DNA of 63,793 nucleotides, counting the filler, from Polymyxa betae A26-41 (lineage: Eukaryota > Protista > Endomyxa: Phytomyxea), in assembly GCA_003693705.1 (NCBI GenBank). It is 7 parts of 7 records of this genome, joined end to end, with 100 filler letters (N's around TTAATTAATTAA, not from the genome) between each part and the next. Parts side by side here need not be neighbours in the genome. Positions count along the whole stretch, not along the records: positions 1 to 14,667 come from RBZT01000361.1; positions 14,768 to 38,211 come from RBZT01000463.1; 5 more parts are not named here. One strand, 5' to 3'. This document shows positions 13,168 to 25,900 of the stretch, piece by piece (position 1 is the stretch's first letter; the number at the start of each line of letters is the position of its first letter). The position numbers and the translations under genes were made by a program. The notes under the pieces are model-generated. The model did not search any database. It saw nothing but the letters and a program-made list of their open reading frames with translations, and had not been told where the DNA came from.

Positions 13168-13530
13168 GTGAACCTCAACGCTAGCCATATCTAGAGACTG
13201 GTCTATAACAGCGCTCATATGCTAGCAAATGATGTTAGACGGGAGAGGGTTTTGCACTGAAATAAGTGATATCTTAAAATGATATCGAAAGGCAACGGTT
13301 CCGGGAGAAGTAGCATGAATCCCCACCATTGATTATCGTGACCAGATCCAATAGCAGTCACAAAGCATTCAACCAATGTTAGCATATGAGCGCTGTTAGA
13401 TCAATCTCGAGATATCAATAGCGTTGACTCACGCTAATTCAACCGGAAGCATTGCCTTCCGCTTGCATGCTATCAAATAAAACACTTCTTCAAACACATT
13501 CCTGTTCAAAACCCTCTCCCGTCTAACAAC
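13168..13530. repeat. Two interleaved inverted repeats (probable foldback/MITE remnant)
   Basis: taacagcgctcatatgcta (~13206) vs tagcatatgagcgctgtta (~13380); tgttagacgggagagggttt (~13233) vs aaaccctctcccgtctaaca (~13508). Confidence 0.7.
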
Positions 13531-14667
13531 CAAGAGTTAGCAGACATCATCTAGTTGGCAGGATACCAGCTTGTGGCGCTGATCACCTGAGTTCGACTCT
13601 CAGTGTCTGCATTTATTTTGTTTTGGTCTGGACCATGAAATCAGACTCACTGTATTTGCACATTTGTTTCAAAGTCCGAATTATGCTTTTGTATTCATTT
13701 TCAATCGAAGCGCTGGTTCTTGCATCACATAAGGACATTGAACAGGAAATCGGTGGTAGCCGGTTTTTATCGGACCCTTGTTGATAGGAGATACCAAGTG
13801 ACTCCATGATGTCTGTTTACAAAATCACGCTCTGATAGTGCCCCCAAAGAGAAGCTCTGATAACTTGATTCGGGCAAACTTTAACGGCTTGATAAATGTC
13901 ATTTTTTTTGAAGTCACAATCAACTGTCGTTAAGTCCTCGTGACCAAGCAGGTAGATGGGAATTGCACTGTGCTATTTGAGCTCGAGTTCCAAAGTCGTA
14001 GACTCTTGGTCTTGAACATCATGACCTTGGAATGAGGTTCTATTGGTCTGATTGACCTTTGTCTTTATGACGGATGATGAAATTTTCGCATCAGAGAATG
14101 CGATAACCTGTCTGTGTTCAGTTGACAAATTTGCGATTGTGTTGGTCAGTTGTTCGTCAGCCTAGTCAGTGTGAGCTTTTTTCATCTCAACTGACTCGTC
14201 CAAATTCGAAATCTCTCGATGCGTGCAAAGGAGCTCTAATTCAATCTCAAAACCAAAGTTTGGTTGAAAATTTTGAACCAAAATAATTTGAATCCAGCAC
14301 GGATCGTTCAGGGACACTGTTGAGGCTAGACCGATGCAAATAAACTTTAACAACGTTCTGTGAGGCAAGAGAAATGGAAGTTTTATAAATCGTTTCGAGT
14401 TTGCTGCCCACTTATTCAGAACAGATCTAAAAATCGGACAAGTTTACACTTAGTAGGTTGCAGTTTTGCTTTTTCGACGCTGTCGTCGATGATTTGGTTT
14501 CTACGAACATTCGGTCCGTTAAGGTAGTAAACAAAGACTGTGCCTGTAACGGTATAGAATTTCTCTAGCGCCTAGAATTCATGCTAGACGGAGTCGAGTT
14601 TGGAATTGGGAGAGTTTAGAAGAAGTGAAGTATTTATCATAATATTGAGATATATCAAGGTTGTCAA

Positions 14668-14767
14668 NNNNNNNNNNNNNNNNNNNNNNNNNNNNNNNNN
14701 NNNNNNNNNNNTTAATTAATTAANNNNNNNNNNNNNNNNNNNNNNNNNNNNNNNNNNNNNNNNNNNN
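14668..14767. other. Artificial contig spacer
   Basis: N44-TTAATTAATTAA-N44, stop codons in all six frames. Confidence 0.99.
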
Positions 14768-15833
14768 ATTGCATCTCCAATATCCAACAGTATGTTGGTG
14801 ACGATCACAAATGCGGAAAATTGCGCACTATTTCGGGTACTTTGCCCTTTGGTGACTCTCACAAAAATGCGTAACCTGCGCACTATTTCGGGTATGTTGG
14901 TGACTGTCCCAAAAATGCCTTGCTCGAAAATTCTCGGTTTGTCAAACAGTGTATTGTTAGCAATGTAGTTATTTATGCTAACGTCTGAATGGTAGTTTGC
15001 AGTCGTCGTCCTTCTGCTGGATGAAGTCCGAAAGTAAGGTCGTGGCTCCATTGTGTTCTCCACCACTGTTTGATTGTATCCAGAGGAGTTGGAACTGGGA
15101 AACTGTAACCAGTGTAACGCGACCTATGAATGTACTCCTGCTGGGAATATGATTTCAATACGCGATCGAACATTTGGCTCTAGCCGTGCTCTAGCCGTCA
15201 TTGTCAGGATCACAGCCCGGTTGCGAATGTGTCTCCACGTTGGCAAAATGTGGACGGAGAGAAGGACAGAAGGTTGTCTAAAACTTCGAATTTTGCGAAA
15301 AATCTCCGTTGCATAAAAGTTTTTGCGAAATTCTGTGCCCGGATAAAAGTAAAATCAGAAGACCGTCACCGGCTTGAGAATGTGCAGTATGCAAGATGTG
15401 ACAAGGCATAATTCTAATATAACGAAGCCATGATTCTAATATCACATCTGGCAAAATGAGAATGGATTTTATCACCATCACGAAAACATAGCGCATGGTA
15501 TGACAGAATCGTAGAAATCGGGACTGTATTTGATACCATCAAGCTTGCAAAAATCGAACTGTACGGAATTGACGCTTCTGATGTTGGTATAGGTGCCGCC
15601 CTACCGATAAACATCATTGCGCTTATCGTTTTTTGGTGTAGTTAACTAGCGAGACCTGGATTGATTTAGATAAGTCGCATCCCGCTTCGTTTTGTTTCAG
15701 CTCTTAACTTGTAATTTCCCTAAACGGTTTCATAAAGTATATGAAAGCGCGTTTAAACCAAACAGGGTTTCTCTCCTCCGCCATCATTGAGAAAAAAAGG
15801 TTTTTTAGTGTATTGTAGACGACGATTTGAAGG

Positions 15834-17055
15834 TCATCGTTGTAGTACAGATGGAGATGGGACAGGATAGACAGGGAAGGGTTTCTGCATAGGAGAAGTG
15901 GGCTCGGATCCAGCTTGCTTCGGACTTAATATTGTGAACTGATACACGGCTGGTGTCTGAGCAGGAGGAAGAACATCATCAGTGACCATATCATCATCTA
16001 GAGGCTGCTCAAAAGCAGCTGATAGATAGCGCTGCCAAGCATCAGGCGGAATCTGTTCCGATAGAAGAATCGTCATGCGGGTCTCGGAGGGCCCGCGACG
16101 AATCATAAACACGCCTATGGTAAGTGTAACGCCATGCTGAGTTTTTTTATAAAAATGTGTTACAAAAGCAATCGAAAAACATTTAGAAGAAATGTTTTAC
16201 AAAAGCAATCGAAAACCCTTTTAATAGAAATGTGTTAGAAAAAGCAATCGAAAAGCTTCACTGAATCAATGATCATTCAGCAAGAGCTCCATCACGGCAA
16301 GAACAGCAAGTCTGTAAAAAAAGTGGAAATTTGTGAAATTTTGGCGTGAAGGCATTGGAAAACCATTCAGTAAATCGCAGCAATATCAGGCAATTTACCA
16401 TCTAGATCTGTGAATAGAGCGCGAAGTTTCCCGAGGACCTGTTCGGTGGCGTCTAAAGCCAACAAAGCCGGGCCTTGATTCCACCGAGAGACGGCCTGCT
16501 GGACGCCTTGAAACAGAACCGCATCACATGCCTATAACGTTACGGTATGAGTAACAGCACCCGGTATAAGAAGACAGTATGTGTAACAATATCTGGGCCA
16601 ATAGTCGAGAAACAGCAAAGGAAACCTCCGGCTTCGATGAGAATCAAATTGTAAAATTTCAATAAAAAAACAAAAAGGAAATTTTCATAGAGAAGAATTG
16701 TAAAAGTTGATAGAGAAAAAAATTGTAAATTTTCATAGAGTAAAGTGGAGAATGATAATACGTTTAATAGACGGCATTTCGAACGAAGACGCTCGATAGT
16801 GCTCATAAGAAACAGTTCGGCGCTGCTTTCCCAGGAATGCATCAAGGCCTGGACTGTGCGAAGACGATCTGGGGTCCCGGGGGCCCCAACGACAGCGGCC
16901 ACCGCATGACCGGTCTCCGCCACCAGACGCCAGATCGTGGCCTCGTCCGTCTGCTGCAAATGCGCCGCTAATTGAGCGCGATCCGAAGGAAGTCCGAGAC
17001 GCAGGCTGGCCAAGCTCGGACGACGAGCTCGGTTCCAATCAACAACAAACGCCAT
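15834..17055 (-). CDS. Hypothetical multi-exon orphan protein
   Basis: GC-rich exon-like blocks (MAFVVDWNRARRP..., ACDAVLFQGVQQAVSRW..., FMIRRGPSETRMT...) separated by pyrimidine-rich GT-AG intron-like segments; exact structure and 3' end uncertain. Confidence 0.5.
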
Positions 17056-17388
17056 CTTGGCAAATGTGATACGGTATGGACGGGCCAGTATGGAGCCGTG
17101 TCAACTTGGGAGGCACGCGAACATTTTTCATTATCTTGGAAAATATTCGAAAAATCTGTTATCCGATTGCTACCTTTGAATACAAAACTGTGGCTTTGAA
17201 TACAAAATTGGCAATGCTGCGATAACTGCAAAAGAGATTAAGAGTTGAAGGTCTCTAACCCTATCTCTGTACAGCAAGAAGTAGCTCGAAGAAACATTAC
17301 AGAACAAAAGCGGGCGTGGCCACATCACTGTATTACGTTTCAAATTACAGGGCCGCCTGTCAGACCGCGTTACTACCAGTCACGGTCA

Positions 17389-17616
17389 TTACCAAACAGG
17401 CTCGGCCTGATATTCAGGCTGTCTATCATATCCGTGATCCACAGGCGCGCTGGCGTTGGCGGCGTGCTGGCCCTGCGCCGAATGCCCGTCCGACGACTTG
17501 TGATGTTTGTCGTCGCCGTGATGTTCCATTTCGTGGTGGATCAGATGCTCGTTGTGATGATTTTTGTCGCCGGTAGAGCGGCCCATTAAAGATTGTGATG
17601 AGCAGCAGGCTCCCAT
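17389..17616 (-). CDS. Small His-rich hydrophilic protein with N-terminal dual-acylation motif (75 aa)
   Basis: MGACCSS fits N-myristoylation (G2, S6) plus palmitoylation (C4/C5); HHNEHLIHHEMEHHGDDKHH tract; pyrimidine-rich leader upstream. Confidence 0.65.
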   Translation of the reverse strand: MGACCSSQSLMGRSTGDKNHHNEHLIHHEMEHHGDDKHHKSSDGHSAQGQHAANASAPVDHGYDRQPEYQAEPVW

Positions 17617-18969
17617 TGGATGACGAATGAATGAGAAACGGTTCGGTAATGTATGAGAAGGGCCTAAAGGTAATGGTCAGAATATGGAATCAGGAGCTGG
17701 CTGTGAATTAAAGGTGGAAATGACGACGACAGAAAAGAGTAGGATGTTATAGAGAGAAAATCCCGACCTGATCACCAGAGTAGGATTTAGATATTGAAGA
17801 TTTGAATTACGACTCTGAAAGAAATTACTAAAATCGATATGAGACCGGAATATGGAAGAATCTCAGTTCGGGCAATCGGCATGAGTCACGTTACGTGGTG
17901 ACTCATGAATCCATAGCTGGCTCCGAGAGACCGTCCTGATTCCGTGCGGGTTTACTCGAAACGATATTACTAATTGAATACAGACTTCTTAGATCACCAA
18001 CTTCTTAGGAAAAGATCACAGGAAACAGGAGATCTTGTCTGGAAAGCTGTTTCGCATTGCGATGAATGAAAATGGCCTAACCATTTAGTCTAGCGATTAA
18101 GCCTGATGCGATTAGAAGTGATTTCTCATAAGAAAGGATTTTCCAGAAGAATGGAATTTTAAGATATTTCACTGAAATTGAAGACAGAAGATTAATTCCT
18201 TTCTAATATAGATAATCAGTATATTGCATTTGGAGATCGACATATAGGTAAACAAGTTTCAGAAGTATTGAAGTTGTTATGCAGTAAATGTGGTGGCTCA
18301 GAAATACTCTCCTGGAATGCTGATAGCGTATGATCGGCTGACAATGGACCAGTCGATGAAGGCAAACCAGTCTCATCCTGTGGAAATCGGGTAAGCTTTA
18401 TTTGCTGAAGAAGCAGCGGGAGGATCCGACACAAAACCGAGTTCATAAATCATCAATTTTATTGCGACAAAATAGAATGTCTCAGGCTTGATAGAACGAT
18501 AAAGTTTACTACAGATAGTGACATCGTGCATGGTGTTTTAGCAAGCAAAGGAGGTGCCATCTTCTGTTTCTTTGCGACATCACCGATCTCAGGTTGATAG
18601 CAATCAAATCTATAGGAGGTGGATCAATAAGGGAATCGTCTCTATTATGAACCCATCTCATACATCAAAGGCTTCTCCAGGAACTGCTTCCATTCAATGT
18701 AGGCGTCGGATTTCAGTATTATAGACAAGATCTATGTAGAGCTCAAAATCCGAGATCATTTGCAAGGAGGCGGCTTGAAGCTTTCCAAGGATTAGTAGGT
18801 TAAGACACTCGCAGGCAGGAATCTGATTACTCTTTTGACAGATCAAGGACTCTTGTTAATATTTGCTACAGATAGAGCAGGACACAAACGGAATCGAAAA
18901 AGATTAATATGATGTCAAAGAATTGACAGAAACAATTGAAAAGTACAATATTGAATTCTGAGAATCTTT

Positions 18970-19310
18970 GTGGCGGAGTTTGTTTTGTGTCTCTCTTTGC
19001 AACGGTTTTGGGACCAGCAGCTGATACAGTATTGTATAGCTGCTGTGCTTGAAGCGCCATAAGGCTATTCCCGCCCCTGTTCCCGCCGCGCTTCGTTCGA
19101 GATAGCATAGTACTACGGTATTCGCCTCCAAACATTTTCATTGGGAGGACGCCTTAAGCACGCTCCGCTGCCTGCAGCGGAAAGTTAGGGCGAGGTTGCA
19201 ATACCTTAAGAGCTGTCCCCTTCAGGCCGACCCGAAATGCTGGAACCCAAGACGAGAGGAGCTTTTCGCTGACGACACGAACTTCGATCCTGAGACAAGC
19301 CGCGCATTGA
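18970..19310. ncRNA. Putative structured RNA, family and strand unassigned
   Basis: GC-rich island with nested long-range complementarity and several local hairpins; ~100 bp from a tRNA gene. Confidence 0.3.
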
Positions 19311-19411
19311 GAACTAATCTTTGATTCACGCTAATGCCTTTCAAAAGCATTCTTGAATTCAGTTTCCTCTTTGAATCATTTGAAGGTCAAACCTCGCTCA
19401 CAGCAAGTAAA

Positions 19412-19491
19412 GCCTCTTTAGCTCAGTCGGCAGAGCGTAGGTCTCATATCCAAAATCAAGAGCAATCCTGAGGTCGTGCGTTCGATCCGCA
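19412..19491 (+). tRNA. tRNA-Met(CAT) elongator type with ~16-nt intron; 3' acceptor strand missing (probable pseudogene)
   Basis: gcctctttagctcagtcggcagagcgtaggtctCATa-[intron 19449-19464]-atcctgaggtcgtgcgttcgatccgca; A and B boxes intact; the expected aagaggc is replaced by atcttctttttt. Confidence 0.8.
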
Positions 19492-21218
19492 ATCTTCTTT
19501 TTTCAATACTTCAAACTCCGATCCCACTGCTGAACGACAAAAATGATTTCTGCAGACAACGATTATCATTTTGGGGTTATGTCTGTCTCGATCGTTGTTT
19601 AAAAGTTCAATTTTCGCAATGACGAAATCACTACGATTAACAGTCACTTCTTGAAAGATTTGCAAACTTTTAAATTCGTCCAATGATAATTGGCGACATT
19701 GCATTATTTTGTCAAGGTCATTGAGTCGCAAATGGTATTAAGGTGCTGATTGAACGCAAGGTAGAAGAACCGCATTATTTCCATCAGCAGCGTGAACATT
19801 TTAAATTTGCATTTCTGTTTTTATGCCAACATATTCTATACAAACAGCGATGCAGAGTTGGAGTCAATTTTTGGAAAATTGTCAAAACCATCAGAACAGT
19901 GACTGAGGGCTGCCTTTAAATCATTTCTTTGAAGAGAGGGTCGAGCTCCAAAGGGATCGTTTCGAACCTGAATCTCGGCCTATGGTATTGAATGATCAAG
20001 GAATGTAACTTCACCGTTAGGGTTTCTGCTCTGTAAGCTAATTCCGGCAAATAGTTAGCAGTATGGTGATGATGCCGTTCATGAAGCCACGTTTTTGGCA
20101 AAGTTTACTGAGGGATGTGAACACGGGTGTATTCCGGGATACCTTATTGATGTCCGTCCTGGTGATTTCGGACTGATCTCGGACCAGGCCCCGATGGGAC
20201 CTTCATCTATACAGGCGGATCTCGATCTAATCATCAACCTAGGGTTCCGATTTGACTGTGTCCTGTCCATCTCGATGATCGATACCCCTTTTGACCACTA
20301 TCTACGATTTTTTCACAAAATTCGTCGATGATGTTAAAGACGATAATACCGTTTGCCCTTCTGGGGATGTCGGATGTCAAGCATCGCCTTATCTCGAATT
20401 CTACCAAAATAGTCAACGTGTTTGGCTATGCAATGCGACGGTGTCGTATCTGGATTTTGGAGTTTCTCGGTTTAGTATGGATAGATCCTCATCTGTACTT
20501 ATGATTGTCGAACTCCTGCTAATACTCAAGGTCTAGGTTGGTTACGATAACTGTGCCATACTGGCACAAAAATTAATAAACCTGTCATGTTCCAGATTCG
20601 TCTTTTGTTTTAGCGAGTTCTCCTGGATTCTGATCAAACCCAATATTTGCAGCAATTGCCCTTGCACACCATAATATCATTTTGTAAAATCCTGAAATTG
20701 ACTGATGCCTTTGTTTTGTTCTATTCATTGCTTGGATTAAATACAATTGTTCCACCTAACTCGAGCTTCGTGCTGAACGATTGTTTTTTATATTTAATAC
20801 AATATGGTTAACCAAATGTAAACGTATTCATTTCCGCTTGTATTATCAAAAGTAAATACCGAATTTTCAGAAAAGTTACGCCAAATTATAATGTGGTCAT
20901 AGAATAGTATGAAATGCTGTAAATATAAACTTAAAACCATACTCATGATCATCAAAAAGAGCATGCGCGTTTAAGTTCTAGGCAACGAATGCCTAAATGC
21001 AAACCTTGTGAAATCAACTCTAGCATATCATAAACCTTTGCAAACAACTTTCCTGAATGAGAAGGGGTAGAATTTGGAGTAACTTCAGCTCACAAGCCGA
21101 TCGTGGGATAAACGAGCTAGCTGCATCATTGATACATAATAAAGCCATCCGCATCATCTGAAGGTAGCGAAAGAGACAATTAATGACAGAGGCAGACAAT
21201 GATATTCGATTAAGGTTC

Positions 21219-22937
21219 TCAAAGCTGTGATCGCATATCTATATGACACTGAGCTGGAACAGCATAATTATCTACGACGATAGAAGACATGACTGATGCA
21301 ATTATAGTTAGTGGATAGATATAGAGGTGGTTTATTATGAAACGAAGTACCGCTCCAGCGCCAATTGCCGTCCGCCGACTGCGATCTGAGGGCCTTTCCA
21401 TGAAATTTGAGAGATTGTTCATTAATGTTTTCAATAAACACTCACCTAAATTGATTGTAGAGCCACTCCAGGTCCCGCATTTGCCTGTTCGTAAGACGAT
21501 GCAGAGCATTCAGCATATCACGCCGCCGACCGTCAGAAAATGCAACGCCGGAAGCCGCGTGCCAAGCGGCACCGGAACAGAGAATGCGGCCCAGTAATTG
21601 TTTCGATTTGGGATCTGCCATTGTCTGGTGATTCGTATTGGATTTCCGTTGTCAAACTTCATACCTGTCTCCTCCTGATTCCATTCGCACTCGGCCCGTC
21701 TATGAATATGCCGTAAGTACAGTTGCGACCTGGTGCCACCAAGCTCTTTCAGGTACTGTTGGCAAATACTACATATGCTTGCTAAATCAGGAACTACCAG
21801 AGCCCAGGGTTTGCCATTACTGTCAACCCCTCCGCGCAATGCATACATTACAACCGACCGGTATTGCCTCAATGCTTGATCACAATTACCTAGGTGGCCT
21901 TTGTACTCTCCACAATCTGCCACAACGCGCGCGATTGATGTTTCACTGGCCACGAAGAACATCAGTGCTTTAAACAGGTCATTGAAGGGCTCCGCGGGAA
22001 CCGTGGCCTATATAGAAAATGAATAAAACGAGTGTTAAAGTAGAAAGAAGAATGAGATTACAAACTAGGTAACGAAATGTCCCGATGCCATCTCCGGTCC
22101 AATGTGAGAGAAGAGTGCACAGAGTTGGAAATCACCGGTCAGAGAGGGCAACCGCCTTGTAAGGTCGAGCCCGTCGAATATCTTCCGTGTCTGTCGTCTT
22201 GGTTCAGGCTTTTGAACGAATTCATTGATGAACCGCTTCAGGACAATCATCACAAAGGAACTGGGCCAAAATGCACTGCGGCTGTGCCAATGCTCGCACT
22301 GTAACCTGTTTTCAGAATTCGAACTTTAACACTTGCCATAATTTTTACCTTTCCGCAGTAATCAGGATTTAATGGTTCTTCTTCTTGCACGATCCCGTTA
22401 TATATCGCCACCAATCTCCAAAGCTGGAACATGGAGGGATTAGTTTCCATGATCTACATATCAAAGTCAGAAGGCACAACAATCGTGAGAACAGTAAGAT
22501 TACCTCATAGATGTTCCGAATCTAAGGCTGGCGTCTAAATTTAGGCAAACATTCGCCAAAAGCGACATCGCGCTGATCCCGAAGCATAAGAACTCGAGGT
22601 TGACGATGCCCAAAGATTAGCGATCGCATTTGAACAGCGCGTTTGCTGAAAGCTGCGAACTGTTGAGAAGTTAGTATAAGAAAAATATCGCCTTCAAACT
22701 GTTGCGACTGAAAAAAAAAAGAAAAAATCAAATTTGAAACGCGGATATGTCTGTCGTGGCGCATCCATCACTTTGCTAGTTGTAACGATTGGCGTCGGCG
22801 ATAGTGGCCAAGTTGGCGGTCCCAGCGCGAATGGCAGGGAGAGATGGGACGCCGGCTGCGACCAGAGCGGGCGATTGGGCTGGCGCTGGGGCGGCAGGAG
22901 CAAGGGGAGGTCTATCGCGCGCTCGTCGCGGTGGCAT
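21219..22937 (-). pseudogene. Decayed multi-exon gene with a ubiquitin-specific protease (C19/USP)-like domain and an unknown C-terminal region
   Basis: Spliced EEEPLNPDYCGK|CEHW..WPSSFVMIVLKRF..FDGLDL..FQLCALFSHIGPEMASGHFVT*..PFND matches the USP CxxC, LKRF, His-box and FND motifs; in-frame stops at ~22776, ~22522, ~22065 and ~21510; no Cys-box recognised. Confidence 0.6.
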
Positions 22938-25900
22938 AACACGTGTTCGTTGCTGTAGAAATGAGTAATGGGAGAGAGGGAAACTGTCAGAAGCAAACGC
23001 ATTTTCAAAAATAGTGCGTGGGGGGGGGTCTCCAGCAAGTTTCACAAGTCATTCCGACCAGCAATTATTTGGCGTCTGGTTTAATTATCCTCGTATCGGC
23101 TACCCAGTCCATAGGCTAAGCCGGAAATTTTACAGGAAAGAAGCAAGCAGAAGCAGATTATGTGTCTCTGTCTGTGCATGATACATAAAATGGGAGATCA
23201 TTATTGATTAAACAAAAAGTAAGTTAAAAATCCCAAGAAATATTGAGGATTCTGGGAAGCTCGTTGTTTGTCTACAGTCCAGAAATTTATTCTGGGATAG
23301 ATTAGCGTTGTTTTTGCGCTATTTTTGAGAGAATATTCCTGCCGATTGCAAACTTCAATACGATAATGACCGAGGACTCAGATTCTATGAGTCAATAATC
23401 AGGTCAGGTCATTAGATTCTGCGAAAGGTCGGGTCGTGTCCATGCCTGTTTTGCAAGGCTGTTCTCTTTCAGAATCGCACCGCTCTATAGGCATGTCTAA
23501 TGCCCAGTACAGCACCAATCATGAGCCAAATTCAGCAGAGGATCCCATTGAGCAGAATGCATCATATCCGATCCTGAAGTCCCGTTCCTATTTCTATCTT
23601 CGTGTCTTTTTAAAAACTTAGAATATAGTTTTTCATCTGTGTATGGCTCTGATCTCTTCAATTTTTCTTGGAACATGAATTACAGAATTCCAAGTTAATG
23701 CTTTTGCGGATGCATCGTGGGCGTTTTCTCAAGTCCGACCGTCAAACCTGCTGTCTGATGAGTGCTGAAACTCCCAAGTATCGCGTCTTCATCATCTATG
23801 ATAAATCGAACCCTGTTCTGTGTCCTTGAGTTAGGTTGCACCATTGTTTCGGGAGACCAGAACAGCGATATGCTCCCGACTGGCATCGCTCTCTATGATT
23901 GGTCTCAATATAGCGAGAGCGTCAATGTCGTTCGGACAGCGTCATTTGGAACATCCGGGATCCCATGACGAGGATATCATGAAATCAGAGAGAATTCGCT
24001 ATCTTTCTTGGTACACAGAATGGAGTGATTTGCCAATATCTTATCCAATTTCATCAGCATGTCATATACGTACCTTGTAATATCGCTATGAATGGCAATA
24101 GGGCTGTTGCAAAAATGACAGAAAACAGCTAAAACGATTGTCAGCAATATTCAAAAGAACTAAAAACAGTCTATACAGCATATACAAAAAAGCGGACCAT
24201 TCTATCGACAATTTCAACAAATAACTGAATATCTTGCAAAATCTATTAAAAAACTATGACAAAAATCAAAAAGGTTAAAGCACCATGCCCTTCATGCAAT
24301 CATACCTCTATAATATTGGATCGTTAAAATAGGAAGGATACTCGCATTTTTCGTGGAAAATACCTCCAATAATTCAAACAAAAGATGATTCATTCTAATC
24401 AGAAATCAACGCAGACAAAATTTAAGTTTTATTCAACGGGTACCACCCCAAACGCAGCTCTTTGCTCAAAGACCAGTACAAAGTTGTCCACGTTGGAGAC
24501 TGTGGTCCGGCAATGATAGAGCACATCGGTTTGAGACCAGATGATCCAGACCTTTAGACAGTTGCCGCCTGGCCTCCGCAGCAGTGAACAGGACACGCGA
24601 CCTGGGTCGATGTGTGGAGGAGCCAGACAGGCGCCATACTGCGGAAAATTATCAGTAACGATCAAATAAACAGAAAGTGAGGGCTTGCATGGCAGAAGAA
24701 CTCAACATCGACAGCTCCAACATCATCGGCAACTTGGAAGGCACTCTGATGAGGTTAGTCAACGGAGCCCGCCCGCAAACGTCAACGCGAACGTTGGCGG
24801 CGAGAACTAGATAAAATTAGTCAGTCATGGAAGAGCAGAATTAATTGACATACATAGCCATCCTTTTCAAGATCGCCGTAGATTCGATTGCCACGAACAG
24901 TAAGGTGTGGCAGCTCCTCCTTGGATGCTGAATGTGAATATAAAAGATTGCCGCGGGACCCCATTCCTAGAAACAAAAAAGTTAGATATAAAAGATAGTA
25001 AATTGACATGAAATTCACAGCTGGACCAAGAAATTTAGCGAGATTCTCAAGCGTGATGGCGGACACCATGACCCGAAGAAACGACAGCCACCCACGCAGC
25101 ACGAGGCAGCGAGGAGCCCGGCTCGCTTGCTGGAGATCCCAGCGGTCAGAGTAGTCGAAGCGTGACTTCGACTGATTGTGTCGCCCGACCAGCCGGCGCC
25201 ATGTCAGGAGCGTCACTCCTGTAAGCAACGGAGAATCGAACAGCAAGAGCAGATAGCGCTCCTCTCGTTGGCGCAGCCCTTGAACATGACCATGATGAGA
25301 GTTGAGACAGAGGAAGGATCTATAGGCATAGTCCATAGTGTGGACGCCACGCCAGTAGCTTTCCACAGTCCCCACTGGCGCAGTGTTCGTCGTGGGACCT
25401 TCCGGACTCCCTTGACAGTTTTAGAGGCCTGGTGACGGCCACGCCTCGTCATTCCGCTAATCTCTTTACTCAATACACATCTTGATTTATTCAGACTCAC
25501 CTGACCTTGCCCAATTCTGCTCCGCTAGACCTGTCCTTAACACGCCATTGCTGGGCCAACATGCTGTCGGCTGGAAGGCGTACAGATCCTGCCGCGCAGT
25601 TCCACCGTCAACATTATCATTACGCGCCCTTGCCGTGAGCATAGTCTCCAGGCGATCCCAGTACGGCCCAACCGTATCAGTATCCTAAAGCTGAGGAAAA
25701 ATAAAACAAAAGTAGCAGAAAATAGCAAAAATAATTGTTAACAATCATTCTGTGTCGCTATTGTAACAGCCGCCATCTCTCTGAATGGCAATATGAGCAT
25801 GGACTATTCCAATCCTGATTAATGCGATTAACGTTACTGCTCCAATCGCGATCAATAACAGTAAGAACATCAAGTTTCGGATTCTGGGGCTCAAGGGGCG

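Noticed and set aside
19178-19195. GGAAAGTTAGGG resembling RNase P CR-I, and ctgacga (~19269) resembling a hammerhead core
   Set aside because: No complementary CR-V/P4 strand found; no stem-II/GAAA partner
19916-20536. Possible transposase-like or coding fragments (NYLPELAYR; frameshifted plus-strand ORFs)
   Set aside because: Too short and degenerate to assign
21510-22778. Stop-codon reassignment or readthrough suggested by repeated in-frame TAG/TGA
   Set aside because: COPG and other intact genes have no internal stops; pseudogenisation is the simpler explanation
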